A DNA stretch of 63,092 nucleotides, counting the filler, from Choristocarpus tenellus KU-1152 (Eukaryota > Protista > Phaeophyceae), in NCBI GenBank assembly GCA_964200185.2. It is 11 parts of 11 records of this genome, joined end to end, with 100 filler letters (N's around TTAATTAATTAA, not from the genome) between each part and the next. Parts side by side here need not be neighbours in the genome. Positions count along the whole stretch, not along the records: positions 50,122 to 63,092 come from CAXNAD020001627.1; 10 more parts are not named here. The stretch is one strand, 5' to 3'. The position numbers and the translations under genes are program-made. Position 1 is the stretch's first letter. Each line of letters opens with the position of its first letter. Under the pieces are notes generated by a model. The model searched no databases. It saw only the letters and a program-made list of their open reading frames with translations, and had not been told where the DNA came from. Positions 51,363-63,092 of this stretch are shown here, in pieces.

Positions 51363-53091
51363 GCCACACTGCAAGGCACTACAACCTTGGTACATCATGA
51401 GGATGACGTCTTAAGCAAAACCTGCAATAACTCTCATCAAAACACAGTCAACTTGTATACCCCCAACCAAAGGGTTAGTTGTGACCTTGCACGGACCATA
51501 ATCCTGAAACTATGGAATTCAATCTTAACCTCCTGTTGAAAAAGAAACAGTAAGAATCTTGACAACTTCCATGGAGGATGGCAGAGTGGGTTCAGTTTAC
51601 AAAGGCAAAGGACGTGGAGAGTGATAATTAGGAAGAGGAGGTGGAAACAATGAGGGAAGGACAGGAAGGAGGGCAGGGATGGTTTTTGGATGGTCAGGGG
51701 AGGATTTGGAGGACAAGGTGGAGAGTTAGGGTAGCAAGGGGGATGGGGAGGAGAGTGTGGACAAAGAGGAGAGCTAGAATAGCGAGGAGTATGCGAAGGA
51801 TAATGAGGAGGACGATGGGAGTCAGTAGAGTAAGCCGAGCAAGGACTCTTCAATCAACACAGACGAGAACTTGAAAAACCTTGAGGATTAAAATCATCCC
51901 AAACTACCCTGATTGAATGCAAAAAACCTGGCAAAGCTCAAGTCCAGAATTTTCAGATCAAACTCTCCTCTGATCAATGTCATGGGCATGAGCGATGAGG
52001 AGGAGGTAGAGGGGGAGTCGGATCACCAGGAATAGGTTGACCCTTATTGCTTATCTCTCCACAATAGTGGCATTGAGGGATGTCCAATGGTTGATGAGGA
52101 GATGAGAATGGAAGAGGGGAAGGGAACAATGACCACGAGAAAGCAGGTTCCACTGGTTCATGAGAAGTCATCAAATTTCTTTGACGAAAAGAGGATAATG
52201 GATATACCCCATTGACTCTAAACAAGGAGAAGGGTGCCTCCAAAGGGCAGTCTTCTGACAAGAAGTCGAAGTTTTGTTGCTTTTGAGACCAGAAGAAGCA
52301 ACTGGAGAAGTATTCCGAAAACAAACTGAAACAATCTTGAGGTGAGGGCACAGATCAACATACCAAGAAGCCTGCAAAGAAGGCCAAACGTTCTCTGGCT
52401 TAGGAGAGTGAGCAACAATGGATGAATGATGAGGATGCAAAGGATGAGCAGCAGCAAATTGAAATTATCTCTTGAATGTATTTTAGTGGGTACACTGAAA
52501 CCTGCAGAAGAAATGAAAGGTGTGAATACCTCTAGTGGACAGTCTTCTGCTAAGAAGGCGAAGCTTTCTTGGGCTGATGAAAAGGAGCAAACAGTGGGGA
52601 AACCTTCAGAAAATGAGGGAAAACATTCTCAGGCTGAGGATGCAAAACGACAAACTGAGAAGGCTTCTGCAAAGAAGGTCAAACATTCTCCAGCTCATGA
52701 GACTGAGTAATGACAGATGAATGATATGGATGGGAAGGATGAGCAGTAGAACATGAAATTACATCTCTTGAATGTGTTTTTGCCAACACACCAAAACCCA
52801 CTGAGACTGAAACAAAGAATATTGGTGATACAGATTGGGGTAGGGCTCAATGATGAAAGGGGGGGGAGTTCCGGAAACAGTACTGGCAGTTGTACTGCTG
52901 TTGATAGGATCCAAAGGAATGGTGAACTTTGGACGACAAGGAAGATTAGACCACCTATGGCGTTACTGACTGATCCTGGATGATTGTGGAGTATGCATAT
53001 CAGAATCTAACTCCGAATGAAGGATGGTGGAGGTGTGGGCAAATCCAAGGCCAATACATTTGTCAATGTGAACACCCTTCATCAGGTGAGT

Positions 53092-53350
53092 GAGCCAAAG
53101 TATCTTAGAGGGTAGAGTCGCGTCCATTTGGGGACTAAAATCCAATGTTGCGATTTTGATGTAGTTTTGGCTATCGTGTTTGTTAGGAAGTGTCAATATC
53201 CATGTTTTGGTCACACCTTTTCATAACGTATACACTTTCCCTATTCCGAACCATTTTGGAGTAGGAAAATGTCATAAAAGAACCCATGGGAAGCCAAGCC
53301 CCAAATGGACAAGCAGGGAAAAATTCGTACCCTCTAAGATACTTTCACTC
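53092..53350 (-). mobile_element. MITE family A
   Basis: Full TIRs; no recognisable TSD (gagt/attc). Confidence 0.88.
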
Positions 53351-53912
53351 ATTCTGGTACTGCTGATTTATCCATAGGTGGAGATTTTCAGTCATGAAAT
53401 GTCCATAAAATGGTGTATTTTTATTTCCAGGAGACAAGAATGTGCAAGAGAGTTCATTCTCAGTGCAAACTCCCCGAAGAGCCTCCTCATTTTGTACCAA
53501 CATTTCATTATCCCACCCTTGAAGGGGTGTAGAAGTGGTATTATCAAGCTGGGTGTAGATACTGGTAACACACTATTGCAGTCAGTGCAGGTTAACCATC
53601 GTGGGTGCTACTCATTATTCCGATTTCCTTTGACACTCTTGTGTCCTGAGTAAGTATCCTATCTCTAGGGCATAAGACATCCAACGAGGTGAGAAACCTC
53701 CATGGTATTCTTGTAGTAATTGAAACGCTTATTCTCATACAAGCCCTACTGGCAGGTGCAATTGAAAGCATGTATTGATGAGAATCTCATATACTACATG
53801 TCACAATTCCCTCTCTCTGTCCCAACTGCCTTCCTCCTCTAAACAACTGCTGTACTCTTGTTTATGGAGCAGGTGCCTAACATGACCCCAATGATGGTAT
53901 CTTTTGAGCTCA

Positions 53913-54170
53913 GAGTCAAAGTATCTTAGAGGGTAGAGCCACGTCCATTTGGGGGCCAAAATCCAATGTTGCGATTTTGATGTAATTTTGACTATCATGT
54001 TTGTTAGGAAGTGTCAATATCCTTGTTCCAGACGCATCTTTTGGTAATGTATACATTTTACCTACTCCGAAACATTTTGGAGTAGGAAAATGTCCTAAGA
54101 ACCCTGAGGGAAGTCAAGCCCCAAACGGGCAAACAGGGAAAAACTCATACCCTCTAAGATACTTTCGCTC
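53913..54170 (-). mobile_element. MITE family A
   Basis: TIRs; perfect TSD ctca/ctca. Confidence 0.92.
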
Positions 54171-54569
54171 CTCATCAGCGAGTGGCTGAACCGGACAGAG
54201 GTAGTTAGGCGCCTCAAGACTGCTAATGTGTAGGTCCAACGTGCCTGATGGACGCTAGTACCTGTGTAGATGGTTTTTATTAAATAGAGTTCTGTTAATA
54301 GGGCTCTCTACTGTTGGTACAAAGTTTACATGTTGGAGTCTGTTGCATGTGGTTGCCAGTGGAATGGTCTGATGAGTGAAGAATTGGGTGCAATGTTCTT
54401 GTGTGATTGTTATTCTGGCAACAAGCGTGTGGGCATTATTGGAAATCTGGAGTCAAACGATAATTTTTGTGGTGAGGTTTTGTTTTTTGGTGGTAGTGAT
54501 ACAAAAGGGTGATGAGGAGGTCAGGGACAGTGGGATCTTACATTTTGTAGGTCTGGTGTTTGATTGACT

Positions 54570-56740
54570 AGACTGACTATGATGGTAGTGATGCATTATT
54601 TTTTAAATCGTGTCATCCTTAGCAAGATGTGTGTGTGCCTAGAGAAGGGTGAGAATGATGTCTTGTGTTGAGAGAGGGGATCGATCCAGAAGAGTTGTTG
54701 AAATTTGTTGACTTGTAGGGAGATGAGGGAGATTCCCTTTTCCTTTGCTGTAGTGAGGGTGCAGTCCAGGTGTGATCTAAGAGGAGGCTATTGTCAAGAG
54801 CTTTGCAACTAGAATGCACTGGTGCAGGCTGATTGATTCCTTGTTGTGTTCATAGTGCGACCTTCTATTTTGTTGCCTTGTATGTTTCCATCTTAATCTG
54901 GGTGAGATCTATATATATGTATTCATGATGGCCTTTCTGGCCTCTATCTATGGAGTCACATTGAACGCTCCTTGCTTCCACAGGAACAGTGATTTGTTTT
55001 TGTCCCAAGCAACGTGCAAGATTGAGAGGTTGATATTGTTTCCATCTCGTCAAAGTCCTGTGCACTTAATGAAAACCAAAAATTGCATGTACACTATTGT
55101 GATGCACATGCACGAGACGTTTCATGTCCCCTCTCCCTCCTTTGGGAGAGTAGGCACTGCCTGCCGCACCAGTTACATCAGCAGAGGACATGTGCATTGT
55201 GGGTGCGTAGATGACGATCCTTTCCTTTCAAGTGATAGTTGTGCAATGGGGATTATTTCAGAGTATTTGAGTAAGAAATAGAGGACTTTTTAATGTTAGC
55301 ATTCTTGGGTTTGAACATACACACCTTCTCCAACTGTTGATAGCATCTCCCTATTCAAATCACTTTAGCTGTCAGTGGAATGGTATCATCGCATCATTGG
55401 GTCAAAGTGGGATGTACACGGGTGATAGCAAAGAATGTAAGCAGCTCACGGAGTGTGATCTAGGGTGTGTCGGGTTTGGCTTCCGAGAGGAGGTGTACCA
55501 AGACCAGAACAGTTAATACCCCTCCTATCAGCGATGCCTATTGGGAAACATGTGTGGTTTGGAGCACTGAGTGCATTTTACCGTCCCTCAGTGAAGAGAC
55601 AGGGACGGGCTTAGAATGGCCCACACCATGTTCCTGCCACTATAGCCCCAATGGTGCAGCCTGTAGAGATCGTAACAGTAAGACAACTTGAGATATACGA
55701 GATCTATCACTTAGTTGTATGTACGAAAGAGATGTTTGCCTCTCTTGGACTGGTCCCCTCTATGTAAATTTGTGTTCACTACACCCTGGCTAAGGCAATA
55801 GTTGCAGATTGATAAATTGTCAAAATGGGTCATGTTACTCTTCAAGAAAATTGTTTCAAGTCTCAAAATATTGTAACAAATAAATTATGATCTCCTACAA
55901 GTCGTCATTATTGGTCTGTCTGGTGATGTCATCAATACTTTGATAGCTTGGTCTGAAAGGACTAGATACCACCATTTTCAACACCTCAAGACTGTTCTGC
56001 TTAAGCTGGTCTTCACTACCACAATAGTTGGGAATGGGGATCAGGTGCTCCGTCCTTGTCTTGGCGGGTAATGTTATCCACCTCGCAGAGGCGTAGGAGA
56101 TGCCTACTTCTAATCATCTCCAGGTGGAGATGGCCAAGTCGATGACCCCTTTCCCCTTGACGTGTTCCGAACCCTCCTCCTAATCTTTCCTGGAGGAATT
56201 CGCCCAACCAAACCACAACAGTCACTTGTACAGATGGACCAGACCATGGCGAGGTGTTGGTACCGTCACCCTCCTCTCGGTCACTATCAATATTTATCTA
56301 CTAACCGTCGATAGTCTGTCCCCGTCAGTCTAACATAGATGCTCGTATCACGACCGTTCCCGATGACACCTTCGATTGTGCCATTCCATTACCAATGCCT
56401 TCACCCATTTGGCCATACCATTTCCTCCAAACCATATACACAGGTCCAAATCTCGGCGCTTCATAGCCAAGAAACGCCTCCCATCGGAACATCCGCAACT
56501 ACTCCTGAAACTGTGGAGGAGGGGAGCATCGACGTCGCCACCGTTGCCACCTTAACGCGGGGATAGTACACACACACACACACGGACCCATCCATTTGTG
56601 GGTCCTGCGCGGTCTTGGGAATATGTTTGTTTCGATGATATCTTCACAAAACACCTCAGAAGCTATCCGGTTGGCGATAATTTATGCCGCCAAAATAGAG
56701 GCCAAACTGCTCATGATGATGAGGTTTGACAGGGCAGAGA
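54570..56740 (+). repeat. Large diverged repeat family D, copy 1
   Basis: 54575-54865 aligns directly to 61555-61835; 56016-56140 aligns to 62830-62955; 56250-56740 is inverted relative to 56830-57335. Confidence 0.7.
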
Positions 56741-57448
56741 GAAATGTAACATCCACCTCTGGATAATTGTGTTGGGAGGAAAGAGAGGGACTGAGGAGGA
56801 CCCAAAGCACCATTATCGTGACGGTGTTATCCGTGATTGCCTTATCAGACTCCATCATCTCTAGGTTAGCCTCAATTTGGCGGCATGTGATATCGCCAAC
56901 CGGATAGGTTCTAACACTTTTTGTAGAGATCCTATTGAGGCAAAGGTCTTTCCAAGATCGCGCAGGAGTCGCAAATTGATGGGTTCGTCAGGGTGTGTGT
57001 ACTACCTCTACAGTGGAACATCTGGCGGTAACGGCAACGTTGTCGGTCCTACTCTCGTCCACAGCTTCAGGAGTAGTTGGGTTCGCCTCTATCAGAGGTA
57101 TTTCTTGGCCATGAATCCTTGAATACTTGTTCCTGTGTGTGTGGATTAGAAGAAATGGGATGGCAAAATGGGTGAAAGTAAAGGTATTGGAACGACAGAC
57201 ACAAGGGAGTTATCATCGGTCACAGTCGTCGTACGAACATCTTTATCTTTGTCAGGCTGACGGCAAAGAGGGACAGATAATCCATAGGTAGTAGATAAAC
57301 ATTGGTAGTATCCGAAAGGGGTGAGTACTCATGCTAGGTGGAAGGTGTGACACACATGGACACCACTAGTAGAGTTGCATATATAGTATCATGTAACCAA
57401 CCACATACCATACAACAATTCATTTAGCGGTATGGAATGATAAAGAGG

Positions 57449-57575
57449 TCTGAAAAATGTCAGAGGGCATAATAATAAAAAATAAAGAAGTAGGTCACAC
57501 ATACGTATTTATTTTATTTTTATGCCCTCTGACATTTTGCAGATGTGACAGGGGGAAACCAATGAAAACTATTTA
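57449..57575. repeat. Hairpin of two family C ends
   Basis: tctgaaaaatgtcagagggcataa...ttatgccctctgacattttgcaga. Confidence 0.7.
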
Positions 57576-58856
57576 CATATGTGTACATAAAATGTCCTAA
57601 ACATAAGAATACTCTAAGACATTGCGTGGAAACCTCTCATCAGTTACTTCACCACTTTTTATTATTATCCACGTATTTATTATCCAATTCTAGATTTCGT
57701 TGGAAAGGTAGATATACCAAATTGAGAGGATCAATACGTACGTCCTCTATAATACTCAATCAATCCCCTCCCTTTCTCTTTATAGCTCAGTCTAGTGTAC
57801 AGACCTAAAAACGGGGAGTGGTGTACACACTCGAACATGAGGGTACTAACACCCCGCACAATCAAAGATCTTGACCTACTACCCCATTGACTGGACCAAC
57901 TGCGATAGTGGTAGATGTTTCGTCAGATGACATCATTGAGCGAAGACAAGAAGGAGGCGGTTCAGTACTCATCAAGGGAAAAGGGGTCATCGAATCGACC
58001 ATCGCCGCCTGGAAATGATTACAAGTGGTCATCTCCCGGACGTAAACCGCCTCCGCGAGGAGAATAGCATTACTCACCCACACAAGGACAGAGCGATTGA
58101 TTCCCATTCCCACTACTTCATACCACGATCCAAAACGCAAGGCGAAAAATCACAACAGGTAAACTCCTCTTCCACCCCTCGTCGAAATTGCAACAACTGC
58201 CTAACCAAAAAATTGAACGTAAGGGCAGCTTTCCTAACCCATAATCCCACAGTCTACACGGATCCAAGCGCCAAGCGCACATCCTAAATGCATTATATAT
58301 CTCAACACATCAAAAATAGACAAACCCTCCACGACTGAAGATAGCAAGTGTACCATTTTTGAAGCACCTGGTTGGGGCCCAAATGGACATCCCAGTGCAG
58401 ACCCCTCCCCACCCCAGATACTTTCGCCCCCTACTATTGTGTTGAAGATCAGCCTCAGAAGAACCGTCTGGAGGAAAAGGAGGGCCGATGCGATGGGCCA
58501 CAGTACGAGAGGCATTTCGACGAGGAGGGTGTATGTCGTTCTCTAGAGAATATCGATTGTGTACACGTGCTTGTTGCTTCGCTGTTGCTAGGGGCGTGCA
58601 GCTCCTCGAGCATACCGCAGGCAAGCTGGTGCATGTTGTGTGGTTTTGACAATCAAATGGTGAAGAGTGGGGATCTACTTTCGAAACGCCAGACGCTACA
58701 GTACGTAGAAACACAAAAAATGTGGACAGGAGTGAGGTGTGACCTATACCACTTGTTGAGTTTGATCGAGGAAGGTCAGGTAGTACTTATTCGATGAGTT
58801 GTTTTTGAGAGCCAAATATCGTAGAGGGATTGATTTTGAACATAAATCTTATCAGG

Positions 58857-59116
58857 GAGTGAAAATATCTTAGAGGGTGCGAATTTTGCCCTGTTTGTCC
58901 ATTTGGGGCTTGGCTTCCCGTGGGTTTTTTTATTATATTTCCTACTCCAAAATGTTTCGGAGTAGGTAAAATGTATATACAATATGAAAAGGTGTGCCCA
59001 GAACATGGATATTAACATTTCCTAACAAAAACGATGGCCAAAATTCCATGAAAACCGCAACATTGGATTTTAGCCCCCACATGGACACGGCTCTACCCTC
59101 AAAGATACTTTGGCTC
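58857..59116 (+). mobile_element. MITE family A, plus a partial copy at 59154-59221
   Basis: Perfect TSD cagg/cagg; the empty site is visible in the paralogous arm near 62395. Confidence 0.92.
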
Positions 59117-61554
59117 CAGGTACTAGAAATACTACAACGCACACACACATAAACTCGCGGGAAGCCAAGCCTCAAATGGACAAACAGGGTAAAACTCGTA
59201 CCCTCTAAGATACATTCGCTCACTGTTAGAGTTCTTCACTTTTCGGTAAAGTACTGATATGACGGATGACTGCCTAGTATTTGGAGCTTTGAATGCTCCT
59301 CACACCAACTACCACCTTCATAAAATGATGGCCCTGTCCGTATTGTTTGCACCTATCTTGCATGGATCCTCTTCATATCAAGAATAGCTGATACTCATGC
59401 TGAGAATGCTTCATCTATAATCATCATCTGGGGAAACTTTGACCATCTGGGGGAACTTTGACAGGTATGGTGTGAATTTGATTTACTACATGATGAAATT
59501 ATATACCTTGTTTGGTGCAAGGAAAGTGAGATTCAGAGTTACATGCTTTCGTGGTGTAGGTTGATCATGATTTGAAGACAGATGTCCCTTCTACTACCAC
59601 TATGCTTTGTACTACTGTGATGAACTATCTTCACTAGTGGTGGTGTTCATCCACAATATTAATGCTCACTTACTTGTCCTCATACACGAGAAGTTAGTAC
59701 TGATAGTCCGCTTCTCTAGTGATTGGTTAATGAAAACACTCAAGACAATCACAGAATGAGAGAAAACTTCAATATAGGAGGCAAATATAGCTGGATATTT
59801 TTTATCTATTTTGTGAGATTTGTTTTCTCACTGCATACAGCTGAAGATGGGGGTGCAAAATTGTAATTACAATACCCAAAGGTTGACCCAATCATCATCA
59901 CCTACCTGGCGTCCAGCATGAAGAGCTTTGTACTGACTTTGCACAGGAGCATAGAGTTTGATTCAAGAAGTGCAATCATTACCGAGGGCAAACTCCTGCT
60001 TGTCACAGTGGAAAGAGGATTTTGATATATATGAAGCATAGAAATATTTGTACATTTTTGTATGAACTGATTCAGTACCTCTAACCTCACACTTGAGGTT
60101 CTTCTTGTCCTAGGCTATATCGGGTATTGATTGCCCTGAGTCCGTGTGTAGTAGCAAAGTCATTGCGTTTGTTGGCACAGGGAATCATATACCTCATCTC
60201 TAGCGAGATTGCAAGAGTATTGGTGTGATATCTCCAGCATGCTAGGAGTGCTACCATTGATGTACTCCATATGTTGCTCAGGTTTCGACATTTAACTCTA
60301 CTGAGCTTTTACTTTTTCGTACCTTTCCAAGTCGCAGTTACTTGGCCAACAACCTCCGCATGCACATACTATGAACTAATAATCACTCAGTGCAAGTTAG
60401 CTGATGACGAAGAAGTGCAGAAAATTGGGGACTTTTTCAGATTATTGTTGAGCAACAAAATCTCAGACTCAGACATTCAATTAAGAAGTTTGGTTGGGAT
60501 TGACCTGGGAGATGAAGGAGGGCTACTGATTTTTCATATTCCCAATATATGGAGATCTCTTGACTGTACTTCAAGGATACTGTTTGTGCAATTATTGCTG
60601 GACTTAGATACCTTACCAATGCGGGGGCTACCCTCACTACATATTTTACGTCCTTCCTACCCCAACTCTACACCCTCATTGCTGCCATTGACCTTGTGAC
60701 AATACTCGAAATGGCGGGAAAAAAACTTTGAAAGAATGAAGCGTAGCTTTTCCAAGAGAAGGAGAGTATGTGTAGTGGGAAAGAGACTGGGGAGAGGAGG
60801 AGTGATTGGCTCAGCCAGTAGTCATGTTGTCAGGGTCTGGTGTGGTAGGGTGTCTGTGTGTTTGTGTCAATCCCACAGGTCGCGCTTGTTCTGGAATAAT
60901 TTTCTGTAGTACAGTATGTACATGTTGACAGTATATTGCGATACATGATGAAAAGCATACGGATGTGGTCATCCTGCCAACTTCAGAATGATTTACTGGG
61001 TTACACACCTATACAATAATAGTCGTGTAACAGAAAGTGACTGACTATATATATGTTTTGTCTCTCTCCTATATATGGAGTGTGTGTATGAATTTGTTTC
61101 TACTTACATATTTATTGGTCAAATTTGAAATATTGACGTTGCTTAAGAATTACACGTCATTATTACAGTGAAGTGTGAAATTGGGTGTTTGATTGGAAGA
61201 ATTCCAATTTTCCTAGATCACCAGTATTCTCATTCCACTCGAACTATATGAATTACAATTATTATAAAGATACATTGGTATTCACATCGCTAAGGTTTGG
61301 TGTTTACAAGCTTACGTTGTTCTGCTGAGGAGTTGAAATGATGGTGTCTAGGCATTTTACACATCAAATTATCAAAGCATGGATGATGAAGTCACCAGAC
61401 AGAATAATGATGTCCACTTGTAGGGGGACATATTTGATTTGATATGATATTTTGTGTTGGTAAAAGAAATCTTAGGATGGTGCCAATATCCTACAATAAG
61501 GATGCTGCCAAGAAACTGACATTACTCATGAAAAATATATTAAATCTTCATTCT

Positions 61555-63092
61555 GACTATGATGGTAGTGATAGATTGGGAAATCTTGTGTCATTGCTAC
61601 CAAGATATATGTGTGATTAAATAAGGGTGTGAGAGTGATGCCTCATGTCGAGAAAAGGAATCTACTCAGAAGAGTTGTTGAAATTTGTTGACTTTTAGGG
61701 AGATGATGGAGAGTCCGATTCTTCTTTCCTGTAGTAAGGGTGCAGCCCAGAGGTAATCTAAGAGGAGGCTATTGGTCCCTAGAATGCACTGATGCAGGCT
61801 GATTGATTCCTTGTTGTGTTTATAGTGTGACCTATTACACATTAGTACAAAGCATAGTAGCAGTAGAAGGGACATCCGTCTTCAAATCTTGATCAACCTA
61901 CACCGTGAAAGCATAGGACTTCTGAATCTCACTTGCACCAAACAAGGTATATAGTTTCATAATGTAGTACATCAAATTCACATCATACCTGTCAAAGATC
62001 CCCCGATGATGTTCATAGATGAAGCATTCTTAGCACGAGTATCAACTGTTCTCGATAGGATTCATGCGAGATAGGTGCAAACAATGCGGACAGGGCCACT
62101 ATTCCATAAATTTGGAAGTTGGTGTGTGGAGCATTCAAGGATACAATAATAGGCAGTCATTTATCTTATCAGTACTTTATGGAAAAGTGAACTCTGATAG
62201 TAACTTATTAATGCACCAAGTAGGACCATTCCATCTAGTGACCCAGCCAAGTTTTGTTTTTCGTACCACACGTCCCTTCATATCATGTCTGGATTTTCAC
62301 ATCTCCAGATCATATTCCAACATACATACATACATCTCAATAAAAATACATATATATTTTTATTTGTCTTAGTTGTAATCTTTCTAAAAATAGTACTTGA
62401 TTCGATTTATGTACTGAATCAATCCCTAAAGGATATTTGCCTCTCAAAAACAATACATTGAATACGTACAGTACTATCTCACCTTCCTCGATCAAACTCC
62501 CAAATGTGGTATATGTCACACCTCACATTCCTTTCCATCTATTTTTTGCGTTTTCTGTTCTGCCTTGTGAAACGTATGGCGTTTCGAAAGAACCTCCCCA
62601 CTCTCCACCATTTGATTGTCACAACCACACAATATACACCAGCTCGCCTGCGATATGCTCGAGGAGCTGGGCACCCCTGGCAATACTGAAGGAACAAGCA
62701 CGTTTACACAATCGACATTCTCTAGAGGACAACATACACACTCCTTGTCAAAATGCCTCTCCTACTGTGGCCCATCACATCGGCCCTCCTTTTCCTCCAG
62801 ACGGTTCTTCTGACGCTGGTCTTCAATTCAATAGTAGTGGGAATGGTGATCAAGCGCTCCGTCCTTGTCTGGGTGAGTCATGTTTTTTGCCTCGCGGAGG
62901 CGGTTTATGTCCGGCACATGACCACTTCTAATCATCCCAAGGTGACGATGGCCAATCAAGTTCATGAACATTGTTCCCTTGATGAGTACCGAGCTCCCTC
63001 CTTGTCTTTGCCCTAGGATGTCATCCGACGAAACAACGACTACCACTGGCACAGTTGGGCCAGTCCATAGGGTAGGTCAAAGCCTTTGATGT
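61555..63092 (+). repeat. Large diverged repeat family D, copy 3 (runs off the window)
   Basis: Inverted partner of 57860-59590, lacking that copy's MITE insertions. Confidence 0.75.

Larger units (their letters stand above)
56830..59590 (-). repeat. Large diverged repeat family D, copy 2 (inverted, with several insertions)
   Basis: Reverse complement aligns to 56016-56740 and to 61875-63092. Confidence 0.75.

Noticed and set aside
51980-52351. Zinc knuckle CHYCGE suggesting gag
   Set aside because: The CCHC motif is incomplete and lies antisense to a decayed acidic low-complexity frame.
59900-60250. Ulp1-like protease relic
   Set aside because: Only a vague resemblance, with several stops and no clear catalytic triad.

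Overview
Eukaryotic nuclear DNA with spliceosomal GT-AG introns, probably from an ochrophyte such as a brown alga. That assignment is an inference from a bipartite plastid-targeting presequence, a dynein-2 intermediate chain and short TTAGGG tracts. The window is 11 short contigs joined by ten artificial 100-bp N-TTAATTAATTAA-N spacers, so adjacency across spacers cannot be trusted. Host gene pieces: a FYVE zinc-finger gene, an unknown low-complexity gene, a DnaJ first exon, an LRR exon, the 5' end of a plastid-targeted CrtI-type phytoene desaturase, and the 3' end of WDR60/DYNC2I1. Most of the rest is repeats: a ~257-bp GAG...CTC MITE with 4-bp target duplications (Sola2-like; 9 complete copies), a related MITE family, a Harbinger-like MITE, decayed Copia and Gypsy elements, and three alternating-orientation copies of a decayed coding repeat at 54.5-63 kb. 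The most unexpected signal is an AT-rich ~430-bp patch at 23.1-23.5 kb that the ORF track misses. It holds an IS21 istB fragment (+) fused tail-to-tail to a Rickettsiaceae-like murG fragment (-), which looks like a mosaic of bacterial endosymbiont DNA inside algal sequence. All protein identities come from my own motif recognition, not from database searches.
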